A DNA stretch of 64,000 nt from contig CBDCLE010000003.1 of the NCBI GenBank assembly GCA_965218585.1, positions 64,001 to 128,000 of the forward strand. Direction: 5' to 3'. Of this stretch, positions 1 through 8,638 are shown in pieces. This DNA comes from Terriglobia bacterium. Lineage in GTDB: Bacteria; Acidobacteriota; Terriglobia; 20CM-2-55-15. The translations under genes were made by a program, and so were the position numbers. The first letter of the stretch is position 1. Each line of letters starts with the position of its first letter. Under the pieces are notes generated by a model. It did no database searches. It saw nothing but the letters and a program-made list of their open reading frames with translations, and was not told the DNA's origin.

Positions 1-932
1 GGGCATCCATTTGGAGCCGTCCGGTTCTTTCTTGAAGTGTGAAGTGGTGACGAACGGAACAGCGAGGTAGATGGGGTCTTCGACGATCGTGGTCACGACG
101 AACCATTCCTCCCATTCGCCTCCGTGAAACGATCGAAGTATTCGGTCATGATGGCGTTCTCGCTATAGGGCACGCCATTGGCCCGCAGGTATCCTGCCTT
201 CAGGTTGGTCGTCATCGCCAACAGATTACCGCCCCGTGTCCCTCCCCCTTGACCTCGACCCTCAGGTGCAGGATTTTCAACACCTTCGGCCGCGCCCCTC
301 GGAAGCCCTTCGTCGTCGGCCGGTGGCCGATCGGTGTCAGCCGGTGGTCCGCCACCGCGCCTGAATCCGCGGCGACCGCCACCACGCGCGGCCATGTTCT
401 CCCACTGCCCAACCGAATACCCCTGCCAGGCAGCCTCTTGCTGTGGGCGTGCTGCGATCATCGCGATCAGGGACTGCGGCTGGTTCTCGGGAGCAAAGTG
501 GATCCGGCGTGTTTGCGTTCCGTTATCGGTGTCGATTTTCAGCGTGAGGTCGTTCTCCCACGTGATGCGGAGGCGTGTCGGCGTCCGCATGATCGCTGCC
601 GCGCCAAACGCCCGGCACTGATTGCCCGCGGCGTTGTCTGCCGCGAGGTCCCACGTGTCGGCGACCCGAGTGCCCTCCGGGTTGAGCGGCATGCTGTCAT
701 AGTCACCCTTGGGCGGCGTCAGCATCCGCCAGCGCCAGTCCTCGCTCACAATGGACACCCAGTTTCCCGTGAGATCGATCAGAGCTCCTGCCTGGCCTGG
801 TCTGATGGGAGGAGGGGCCCCCCTTCCGCGCTGGGCGGCGAGTTCGATGGTGTTGAGGCTCAATATTGCCAATACCGCAGTAGCGGCGATGACGAGGCGA
901 GGGGTGCGTTCTCGGGTCAGTGTCCCTTGCAT
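1..932 (-). pseudogene. Secreted hypothetical protein (Acidobacteria-type, RGG-rich insert), frameshifted near C-terminus; runs off window start
   Basis: Signal peptide then AQRGRG. The ORF stops at 93, but adding one G to the G3 run (111-113) gives EEWFVVTTIVEDPIYLAVPFVTTSHFKKEPDGSKWMP, open to base 1. Could be a homopolymer sequencing error. Confidence 0.7.
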
Positions 933-956
933 TGGTGTTCCTCCAAACTCGGGCCG

Positions 957-1973
957 TCAGCGGGCAGGATTGGAACGCGCGGCGTTCCGGAGATCCGTGT
1001 ATACCGTCTCGATAAACATCGTCGTCGTCCACGGTCCTGTGTCCCTTCCGTATATTCCGTCATATTCGAGCGTCGGTTTCGCCGCCATGACGTCGTCCAA
1101 CGTCATTTCCTGGTCCAACATGATCTGGATGCGGTCGCGCACGATCGTCAGCATGTCGCGAACCTGGACGACGTCCGCCTCATTGCTGATTCGGCCGTGT
1201 CCCGGAATTACGAGTGTGCCTCCCTGCTGATTGCGCTCGGGAATAGTGATGTCGATGATCTCGTTCAGTGCATCGATGGAGCCCTGGACGCTGCCGCCCT
1301 GCCGAAGGTTGATCAGTGGGTAGGTCGAGGTCACGTACAGATCACCGGTGCTGATGACATCCGAGCGGCGGAAGTAGACCAGGATGTCGGCGTCGGTATA
1401 CGCCTCCGGTTGATGCAGCATCTCGATCGACTCGCCGTTAAAGTACATTGTCCTTTTGGCGCCAAAAAAAGTCTGGGACGGCCACATCTCGAAGGGTACT
1501 TCTTCGGGCGTTCCGAGCAGCTGACCCAGCCTGATCAAGCCGTTCTCGTGTCCGATGATCGGCAGCTCCTCGACATTCCGGCCCGATAGCGTCTCACCGA
1601 CCTCTGCGAACTCTTCATTTGCCCCGATGTGATCGGGGTCCACGTTGGTGTTTACAAGGTACCGAATCGGTTCGTCCGTCAGGCGCCCGATCTGGGCAAG
1701 GACTTTATCGCTGATGGCCGCCAGACTCGGGTCAACGACCATGACTCCGTCGTCCCCGACGTAGAGCGTGATATTGGCGCCGGCATTGGCCACCATGTAG
1801 ACGTTGCCCTGCACGGGCAGCACCTCGATTTCGGTACTGTCGGGATCTCTGGGGTCAGGTCGCTGCGCGTATGCGACAAGACCCGCTCCAGTCGGAAATG
1901 TCCAGAGTGCTGACAGCGCCACCAGGAGCGATGCGGCGCATAGTACTACTATGTTACAAACGAAGCGGTCCAC
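957..1973 (-). CDS. MBL-fold metallo-hydrolase (cyclase-like) with degenerate metal motif; 5' end hit by IS701
   Basis: GANIT..VGDDGVMVVD, NTNVDPDHIGAN, AYTDAD, STGDL, IPGHG motifs. The predicted GTG start lies inside the IS701 end (1946-1973), so the true start is uncertain. Confidence 0.8.
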   Translation of the reverse strand: MDRFVCNIVVLCAASLLVALSALWTFPTGAGLVAYAQRPDPRDPDSTEIEVLPVQGNVYMVANAGANITLYVGDDGVMVVDPSLAAISDKVLAQIGRLTDEPIRYLVNTNVDPDHIGANEEFAEVGETLSGRNVEELPIIGHENGLIRLGQLLGTPEEVPFEMWPSQTFFGAKRTMYFNGESIEMLHQPEAYTDADILVYFRRSDVISTGDLYVTSTYPLINLRQGGSVQGSIDALNEIIDITIPERNQQGGTLVIPGHGRISNEADVVQVRDMLTIVRDRIQIMLDQEMTLDDVMAAKPTLEYDGIYGRDTGPWTTTMFIETVYTDLRNAARSNPAR

Positions 1974-3409
1974 AGAACGGACAACGAGGAAGCTGCTGAA
2001 TCAGGAAGCGGGCGATGCGAATGCGAAGCGTGGCAATCGAGCAGGGGTTATGTCGTTCGGGCCGGATCCGGGGTTCCGCGGGGTTTGAAGTGTTTGGGGA
2101 GTTTGGGGACGGATAGTCCAACATGCTCGACAAATGCAGAGGGGGAAAAACGGCTCCGCTCGGCGACCAGGAACCCATAAGAGGCAATACATAAGGTGCC
2201 ATGATGGTGAAATCCACGCCAGCCGCGACCTTCGTAGTGTCCCAGACCGAGTTCCTGCTTGAGTTCCTGATAGTCGCGTTCGATGATCCAGCGCTGTTTG
2301 GCCTGACCGGCCAGATCGGAAAGCGAGGTATGGGCCCCAAGAGTGGAGAGCCAGTACCGGATCGGTTCGGATGCGGTCTTGGGCCACTCGACCAACAACC
2401 ACTCTTTCGGATGCGGCGAGTGGCGCTCGTGATCCAGATGAGCGGGACGAATGCGAACTGCGGCGAAACGGGAACGCAGGGTCTCGGAGGTGCCTTCGCG
2501 CCAGGAGACGTTCTTCCAACGCTGGGGAGACAACGAGAGGGCCAGTTGCTTGACCGAAACCGGTTGATGTTTCTTGTTGCGCTGCATGCGGGTCGGTGTC
2601 CGTCCGCGGCCGGTCAAGGATTTCGGCGGCAAGGGACCCTGGCCCGGTTTCCACACGGTCGTGGTGCCTTGCACCCCTAGGACGTAGCTAAGTCCGAGTT
2701 CGGTGATGCCGTGCCGGAACTTGTAGTTGTTGCCGTAGGCCGTATCGCCCAGAACCGGTGCCGGAGCAATGCCGTCATCGACGGCCTGCCGGATTTGTTC
2801 CAAAGCAATTTGAGGTTTAGTTTGAAATCGAACGTCTTCGGGAATAGCGGCTTTGCTTCGACGTTCCGGATCCTTCGCCCAGGTCTCGGGGAGGTAGAGT
2901 CGCCATGCCACCGGCAAGCTGGATTTCGCTGTCGCCACCGACAGGCTCACCGCCACCCGGCAGTTCTCAGGTTTGCCGACCTGTCCACAGTATTGCCGGG
3001 CCACACCCACCGAGTGGGTCCCCTTTTTCACGAATCCGGTGTCGTCGACAATCCAGGCTTCAATCGGACCGTTGGCTTCCATCGCCCCCAGCGCGTACTG
3101 TCGAACTTCTGCCAACAGAGCCGCATCGTCCCAGGGCGCATCCGCGACCAGATGATGTAGCGACTGGTGCATTCGGCGTACATTATCCGGAGCCAATCGT
3201 GCAGCCATCGGCTCCACACTCTTACGTTTGATCGGCAGCAACAACCCGGTGCAGTACGACTTCAACGGTTCATGACGATCGGCGTGTCCTGCGGCCGACG
3301 CCAGGCGTTCCAAATAGGCCGCAAAACGTTTTTCCTGAGTGCCTGGCGCCTTCGATTTGGCGCTCATGACCGGATGCTAACATAAAATAGACCGTTTGTA
3401 ACATAGTAG
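1946..3409 (-). mobile_element. IS701-family insertion sequence, complete
   Basis: Perfect terminal IRs CTACTATGTTACAAACG (1946-1962) and CGTTTGTAACATAGTAG (3393-3409); 5-bp direct repeat TAGTA at 1941-1945 and 3410-3414. Confidence 0.93.
2048..3367 (-). CDS. IS701-family DDE transposase
   Basis: DDTGFVKKGTHSVGVARQYCG..GK.ENC, VLGDTAYG, RWIIERDYQELKQELGLGHYEGRGWRGFHHH motifs. Confidence 0.95.
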   Translation of the reverse strand: MSAKSKAPGTQEKRFAAYLERLASAAGHADRHEPLKSYCTGLLLPIKRKSVEPMAARLAPDNVRRMHQSLHHLVADAPWDDAALLAEVRQYALGAMEANGPIEAWIVDDTGFVKKGTHSVGVARQYCGQVGKPENCRVAVSLSVATAKSSLPVAWRLYLPETWAKDPERRSKAAIPEDVRFQTKPQIALEQIRQAVDDGIAPAPVLGDTAYGNNYKFRHGITELGLSYVLGVQGTTTVWKPGQGPLPPKSLTGRGRTPTRMQRNKKHQPVSVKQLALSLSPQRWKNVSWREGTSETLRSRFAAVRIRPAHLDHERHSPHPKEWLLVEWPKTASEPIRYWLSTLGAHTSLSDLAGQAKQRWIIERDYQELKQELGLGHYEGRGWRGFHHHGTLCIASYGFLVAERSRFSPSAFVEHVGLSVPKLPKHFKPRGTPDPARTT

Positions 3410-3619
3410 TAGTAGTCAGCATAAAGAATCCCATCCGTTCGAATCGTCTGATGTGCCCGGCGATTTCAGTGCTTCTAAAGGCTTCTGTTTTTTTGCGCAC
3501 GTCAGGGCCAGTTGACAGCACGCCGAAACTAATTCTACACCAACGCTTCTTTGCTAATTGACCCTGTGCCGACACCCCCAGCTGGCAAGCCTTCGATTAG
3601 ATTGAGTTAAGAATAAGAA

Positions 3620-3792
3620 GGGGTCGCGAGGGGCCTCCTGTAGATCCCGGCGAGATCACGATCGGAGATCTAATCTATCTGAACGGTGGCGAGGCAGGTT
3701 TGCCGGCTTCTCTTCCCAGGCTCATCGTCCCTGTTCGAGGTTTTCGACTTGGTTCCGAACGCGCCTCCTCACACGTGCTCCTAACTATCCCC
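3620..3792 (-). ncRNA. Candidate structured ncRNA (rod-like, weakly 6S-like)
   Basis: Intergenic. On the minus strand GTGAGGAGGC pairs with GCCCCTCGC and GAAC..GGGACGA with TCGCCACCGTTC, followed by a U-rich tract. Family not established. Confidence 0.25.
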
Positions 3793-3883
3793 ATTAAGCT
3801 CCCCCTGGGTTATAATTCCAAGGAATCCCCTTTTCTGACCCCTTTGTTGCAGACACTTTTCCAAGCTTCTCCGGGAGGAATCC

Positions 3884-4318
3884 ATGGGACGGAAGTATAA
3901 ACAGCAGGGTTATCAGGAAGTTGGCCAGGAGCGGAGCGGAGGACAACAGAAGCCGCAACCGAAGCGGTCTTCCGATGGCCCCCGGTCGCCCCGCATGCCG
4001 GGATTCCAGGAAGTGATGCGTTGTGCGATGTGCGGCAACATAGTGCCGGCCTTCACTGAAGTCAATGCCGAGAGCCAGTGCTCGAAATGCGGCAGCGATC
4101 TTCAGAGTTGTAAGCACTGCAGACATTTCGATACGGGTGCTTTGCTTGAATGCACCCAGGCGATTCCTGAGCGAATTGTCGCGAAGGATAAGAGAAACGA
4201 CTGTGAGTTTTTTGAAGCACGTACGTCAGTGGAAAAACAAACTTCGTCTCCCAGTAGTGTCACCAGTCCCAGTACGCCTAAGGACGCGCGTAGCGCCTTC
4301 GACGATTTGTTCCGCTAG
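3884..4318 (+). CDS. Cys-rich zinc-ribbon hypothetical protein
   Basis: GGGAGG RBS; CAMCG, CSKCG, CKHC plus two further Cys; ends AFDDLF. Confidence 0.8.
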   Translation: MGRKYKQQGYQEVGQERSGGQQKPQPKRSSDGPRSPRMPGFQEVMRCAMCGNIVPAFTEVNAESQCSKCGSDLQSCKHCRHFDTGALLECTQAIPERIVAKDKRNDCEFFEARTSVEKQTSSPSSVTSPSTPKDARSAFDDLFR

Positions 4319-4479
4319 AATTTGTTAAGCGGCATCGAAGGACGCCCGTCGTTGGCCTAGTCTCCTCCCATGCACTAAGCTTTTGTTAACAGTTATTTCA
4401 CACCATCTGCCCGACTCCTGCCCTGCCATTGCAGAGGCTCGAGTTTTGATAAGAAGATGGCAGATGACGAGGAGAGAAT

Positions 4480-5865
4480 TTGCCTGAAGATCGTTTAAAA
4501 ATAGCTGTGTTTGTGGACTTCGACAATATTGAGATCGGAGTCCGAAACACACTGAATAGAAATTTTGATATCGCCGCGGTGCTTGAAGCAATCAAGGAAC
4601 GCGGTGAGATCGCAACCAAGATCGCATACGGAGACTGGAAACGCTCCGGTGATTACGGCCGGGCCATGGGCCAGCACGCCATTCACATGGTCCAGCGGAA
4701 TCCCACCCCGGGCGGAGACAAGAACGGCGCGGACATCAACCTGGCCCTAGATGCACTGGAAATGGCGTTTACGCGTGACCATATCAACGCCTTTGTCATC
4801 GTAAGTGGTGACAGTGATTTCATCACCCTGGTTGAAAAACTGAAGCAGTACGACAAGAAGGTATTTGTCGTCGGCGGACGTGGATTCACCAGCGGCATCA
4901 TGCAGCGAAACTGTCACGAGTTCATCGCTTACGAGAATCTCATCCGCTCGCAGACTTCGGGACGGAGGCCGACTGGCAGGTCGAGATCGACAGCTAGCGA
5001 AACGCCCGTCGATAAGTCTGTACCGTTGATCCGAAGAGCCCTCAAAGTTCTCAGTGATCGCGAGGTTTCTCCGCAACTCGGATTGTTGAAGAGCACCCTG
5101 CTCCAACTCGATTCTACTTTTTCCGAGCGCGACTACGGTGCAACCACGTTTCGGGATTTTATTGAGAAACTGGCCCGAACCGGGGTCGTGAGCCTGAAAC
5201 AGGTCGATCGCAGCCTGCTTGTCGAGTTGCGTGAAGGCGGAGGCGGAGAACCATTGGACGACGGGAGGAACGGCAAGAGTCTGCCCAGCCGGCGCGCTAC
5301 GTCAACCAAATCTGAAGAGTCATCGGGTAACGGTTCCCCAAGAACGGATGAAGGTATCCAACTGATCCGGTCTGTGTTCGAAAAGGCCGAGGCACCGCTG
5401 AAGTGGCCGATGTATGTCCGTGGTGTTAAGCAGTTCATCAAAGCTGCTGAACCGGATTTCGACGAAAAAGCGTACGGTTTTTCTGGCCTCTTAGATGCGC
5501 TACGACAGGTCCAGAAGGCCGGCGTGTTGCGTCTTGAGCGGACGCGCCAGGGAGTGCTTCGGATTTTCCCCGGTGAAGAGATAGAGAAGTCGATCGCCAG
5601 TGGCGGATCATTATCGGGGGAAGCCGAGAAATCTGAGGGAGCAACTTCAGACGAGCCCGCTACCGGAGATGACATAGCCCCTGCTGAGGAAGCGAAAACA
5701 ACTAAGACTACGAAGAAGGCCACGACAAAGAAGAAGGCGACTAAGAAGAAGACCGTGACCAAGAAGAAGGCCACGAAGAAGAAAGCTACAGCCAAGAAGA
5801 CGACGAAGAAGAAGGCTGTTGCGAAGAAGGAAGAGGAAGAAGCTAAGGTTGGAAGTGAGGAGTGA
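4480..5865 (+). CDS. NYN (PIN-like) domain protein with OST-HTH/LOTUS domains and Lys/Thr/Ala-rich tail
   Basis: IAVFVDFDN, KNGADINLALDA, VSGDSDF (NYN); FSERDYG and FDEKAYGFSG (LOTUS-like); KKATKKK repeats. Confidence 0.9.
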   Translation: MPEDRLKIAVFVDFDNIEIGVRNTLNRNFDIAAVLEAIKERGEIATKIAYGDWKRSGDYGRAMGQHAIHMVQRNPTPGGDKNGADINLALDALEMAFTRDHINAFVIVSGDSDFITLVEKLKQYDKKVFVVGGRGFTSGIMQRNCHEFIAYENLIRSQTSGRRPTGRSRSTASETPVDKSVPLIRRALKVLSDREVSPQLGLLKSTLLQLDSTFSERDYGATTFRDFIEKLARTGVVSLKQVDRSLLVELREGGGGEPLDDGRNGKSLPSRRATSTKSEESSGNGSPRTDEGIQLIRSVFEKAEAPLKWPMYVRGVKQFIKAAEPDFDEKAYGFSGLLDALRQVQKAGVLRLERTRQGVLRIFPGEEIEKSIASGGSLSGEAEKSEGATSDEPATGDDIAPAEEAKTTKTTKKATTKKKATKKKTVTKKKATKKKATAKKTTKKKAVAKKEEEEAKVGSEE

Positions 5866-5960
5866 CAAGCCCAGAAACGGGATGCTTGACCTAACGTAGG
5901 CAATCATCCCGCTTCCGAAGTGACTGAGTGCTGATGGCCGACAGCGTGCTTGATCGGGCG

Positions 5961-6554
5961 CTAATGCACCCCGAACTTGATCGCTTCCAGAACCGCCTCC
6001 ACCACTTCGGGATCAAACTGAGTGCCCTTGCCCAGGATCAGTTCCTCAGCAGCCTCCCGAGTGGTTAGTGCACGCCGATAGGGCCGATCATTCGTCATCG
6101 CGTCGTAAGCGTCCAGAACTGCAATCACGCGGGAACCGAAAGGTATTTCATCGCCTGCGAAGCCGTTTGGATATCCCGAGCCGTCGTACCACTCGTGATG
6201 GTGCAACACGACATCGGCCACCTGCCTGAAGTTTTCTGTCTGCTGTAGGGCATCGTACCCAAACTGGGCGTGACCCTGCATGATTTGGCGCTCCTCCACG
6301 GTTAGAGGTCCCCGTTTGTGAAGGATGGGATCTGGGATTGCGATCGTACCCAGATCGTGGAGATGTGATGCGGTTTCAACGAGTTGCGTTTCTCTGGACG
6401 AGAGCTCAAAGCGCTTGGCCACCTCCCTGGCGAGGGAGCAGATCCGCTCGCTGTGCATGCCGACACTGCGGTCCCGCATGCGTAGCAGATTGGCGAATGC
6501 CCCGGTTTGTGACTGAATTCCTTCGATTTCCAGCTCTTCAAGTATCGTCGACAT
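5961..6554 (-). CDS. Stand-alone HD-GYP c-di-GMP phosphodiesterase
   Basis: LHDLG, HHHEWYDGSGYP, AVLDAYDAMTNDRPYR, GTQFDP. Confidence 0.93.
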   Translation of the reverse strand: MSTILEELEIEGIQSQTGAFANLLRMRDRSVGMHSERICSLAREVAKRFELSSRETQLVETASHLHDLGTIAIPDPILHKRGPLTVEERQIMQGHAQFGYDALQQTENFRQVADVVLHHHEWYDGSGYPNGFAGDEIPFGSRVIAVLDAYDAMTNDRPYRRALTTREAAEELILGKGTQFDPEVVEAVLEAIKFGVH

Positions 6555-6606
6555 TTGTTTCTCCAGTGATCTGGTCGTTAGTCGGACTTCCCGCCTTCAC
6601 TCAGTT

Positions 6607-6633
6607 TTATCGGCAGGAACAGCAGAAAGCTTA
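6607..6633 (-). promoter_or_regulatory. sigma28 (FliA/SigD)-type promoter of the HD-GYP gene
   Basis: TAAG-N15-GCCGATAA on the minus strand, ~50 bp upstream of the ATG. Confidence 0.75.
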
Positions 6634-6650
6634 GTTTTTTTTACGCGGTT

Positions 6651-7035
6651 CTATGGAAGGGGCTGTCAAGAGAAACACGTCCCCGCCGAGCGGACCACCG
6701 GACCCAACACTGTCGTGGCAGCCAGCCCCTGTCTCCGTTGAGACGAACTGTTGATCCGGCATCGCAGAGAAGTCGATCACTCATCACAACGTGGTGTGGT
6801 TTCGAGAAACTGAAAAGCGCAAAGGGGTCGTGATTGCCGACCACGGTTCTATCTGAGCCTCGAGGGCTATCGCTTTTCCAGGTCGTGCGAGGGGGGATAG
6901 AGTATTACATGGGCCTTCAGCAAGCGCTGTGTGCCAACCGCGTATCGGATCCTCACCCTCGACCCTACCGTTCCGACGCCTCACCGACGACGAGCGGTCG
7001 AATGCCTCGCGCTGTCGGCAGAAGTCTGGAAACGG
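6651..7035 (-). ncRNA. Putative bridge/seekRNA region of the IS110 element
   Basis: Long 3' non-coding end with stems CGAGGG..GGAT/ATCC..CCTCG and CTGGAAAAGCG/CGCTTTTCAG; an internal loop contains TACGCGGTT, matching the flank. Confidence 0.6.
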
Positions 7036-8097
7036 CTATGTCGCCAAGTTCAGTTTCTTTGCGTTAAACGTGTCTCCTTTCTTCCACATCTTCAGTGCGG
7101 TCGCTGCAATCTTCCTCGCCAGTGTCAGCCGAGCCATCTCCTTACGCTTGCCGTCTTTCTGGAGCCCCTCCAGGTAGCTTTTCCAAGGTTCGGCCCCCAT
7201 GCCTCCGGTCGCCGCCCCGATGAACACATCTTTCAAACGTCGGTTGCCGTTGCGGTTCAGTCCCCGCGTGGCGATCGGCTTTCGACGACGTACCACACGA
7301 CTCCCTTCCTGCTCATACTCCGCACTCATGTGCATTGCCACGGCCAGACCGCTGTAGTTCCAGAGCTGGCGTTTGGTTCGAAATCGATGCGGGGTGTCCC
7401 CCGTCGCTACAATCAAGGCGCAACGTATCGGTCCCAACTGGGGAATCGTCTGCAATATCCCCACCGCACGATGCTTGCAGCTCTCGGTTAACATCGCCAG
7501 CTTCGCTTTTTTTCTTAACCCTCTCAGATGATCCAGCTCCTCATACAACCATCCGGTACGCCGCCGTGCACCGGTATTGGCGAGCTGTTCGATCCAGTGT
7601 TCCCGCTGCGATGGGAGGTAGACGCCGTGGCCCGGCGTCCGGATCCCACGTCCTCGATACATTGCCTTGATCCGAACCATCGTCCGCTGCGTATCCAGGG
7701 TCAAGGTCTCATATCCGCGGACCAGTTCTTTCAACGTCCGCGTCGCATCGTGCCCGTGGTAGACCGACCGCAGCCATCCGGCCCGGAGCAGCTCGGCCAG
7801 TTTCAGGGCATCCACCCGGTCGGTCTTGGACCCGTCACTGAGCAGTTTGTTCCGTCTGGGATCACACACGATCACTTCGCTCACATATCCCCGGACCACG
7901 TTGTAGAGCCATTCGGCCTGCGTGGTTTCTTCAAACGTCACGTGCAGCTCACCACTCAGACTCTCCAGCAAATCAATGATTGGCCCGGCCTGGGTCTCTA
8001 CGATCTTTTCCCAGACCAGTTTGCCGTCTGCGTTTAAGACCATCACCACCGTCGTTGCCTGGTGCACATCCATGCCGATATACTTGGCCTGTTTCAT
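7036..8097 (-). CDS. IS110-family recombinase/transposase
   Basis: YIGMDVH, TFEE, KTDRVDA (DEDD RuvC-like); TIPQLGP, YSGLA....S, GNRRLK, LARK. Confidence 0.95.
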   Translation of the reverse strand: MKQAKYIGMDVHQATTVVMVLNADGKLVWEKIVETQAGPIIDLLESLSGELHVTFEETTQAEWLYNVVRGYVSEVIVCDPRRNKLLSDGSKTDRVDALKLAELLRAGWLRSVYHGHDATRTLKELVRGYETLTLDTQRTMVRIKAMYRGRGIRTPGHGVYLPSQREHWIEQLANTGARRRTGWLYEELDHLRGLRKKAKLAMLTESCKHRAVGILQTIPQLGPIRCALIVATGDTPHRFRTKRQLWNYSGLAVAMHMSAEYEQEGSRVVRRRKPIATRGLNRNGNRRLKDVFIGAATGGMGAEPWKSYLEGLQKDGKRKEMARLTLARKIAATALKMWKKGDTFNAKKLNLAT

Positions 8098-8209
8098 TTA
8101 CGTGCTCCTTTGTCTTTGAATTCAACGCAGCTACGTTGAATGGGTTGTTGTCGGGAGATTTTCCTCCTGGCAACAGCCGACAAAGGGGCGTCCTTCCTTA
8201 TAGCGTATT

Positions 8210-8625
8210 CCGGAATCGAAATGAAACTCGACGTGAGCGTTAATGAAAATCTCTGGGTGAACCTGGCCCTGGATGCCGTCGACACCGAACTCAAAACCAC
8301 TGCCGAAACACTGCCTCGGATTCCGCCGCTACGAGGAACGATCGGCCTCGATATCCGATACGGCGGCTTGAGCGTAAAGCCGGAGCTCGTGCTGGCGGAC
8401 CGGAGAGACGACGTCTTCAGCACCGAAACGGAAACGGCCGGTTACGGATTGGTCAACCTGACAGCCTCGTATACTGTCCCGCAACCCCACTTCTCACACC
8501 ACCTGTCCCTCAGCTGGTTCAACGCGACAAACACGCTGTACCGCAACCACCTCAGCTTCATCAAAGATCTCGCGCCGGAGATTGGTAGTGGCGTGCGGAT
8601 GTCCTATTCCGTGAAGTTCTTCTAA
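8210..8625 (+). pseudogene. 3' fragment of a TonB-dependent receptor, truncated by IS110
   Basis: LPRIPPLR, ETETAGYGLVNL, NATNTLYRNH and a C-terminal Phe are typical TBDR barrel end; the frame begins at the IS end. Confidence 0.85.
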
Positions 8626-8638
8626 GAATGGAAGGTGG

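Larger units (their letters stand above)
6649..8209 (-). mobile_element. IS110-family (IS1111-type) element, copy 1
   Basis: Left end fixed at 8209 by loss of identity with copy 2. Imperfect sub-terminal IR (CTATAAGGAAGG vs CTATGGAAGG), outward TTGACA near the right end, ~390-bp 3' non-coding region, AA core at both ends. Right boundary is inferred. Confidence 0.85.

Noticed and set aside
249-1589. Long antisense ORF of 446 aa, and similar shadow ORFs (5133-5903, 21337-22218, the 3' part of 32437-33405)
   Set aside because: They overlap well-supported genes in another frame or strand and lack motifs; typical of GC-rich DNA.
5690-5830. AAGAAGAAGGC repeats as a CRISPR or DNA repeat array
   Set aside because: They encode the Lys-rich tail; no repeat-spacer periodicity and no cas genes were seen in the window.
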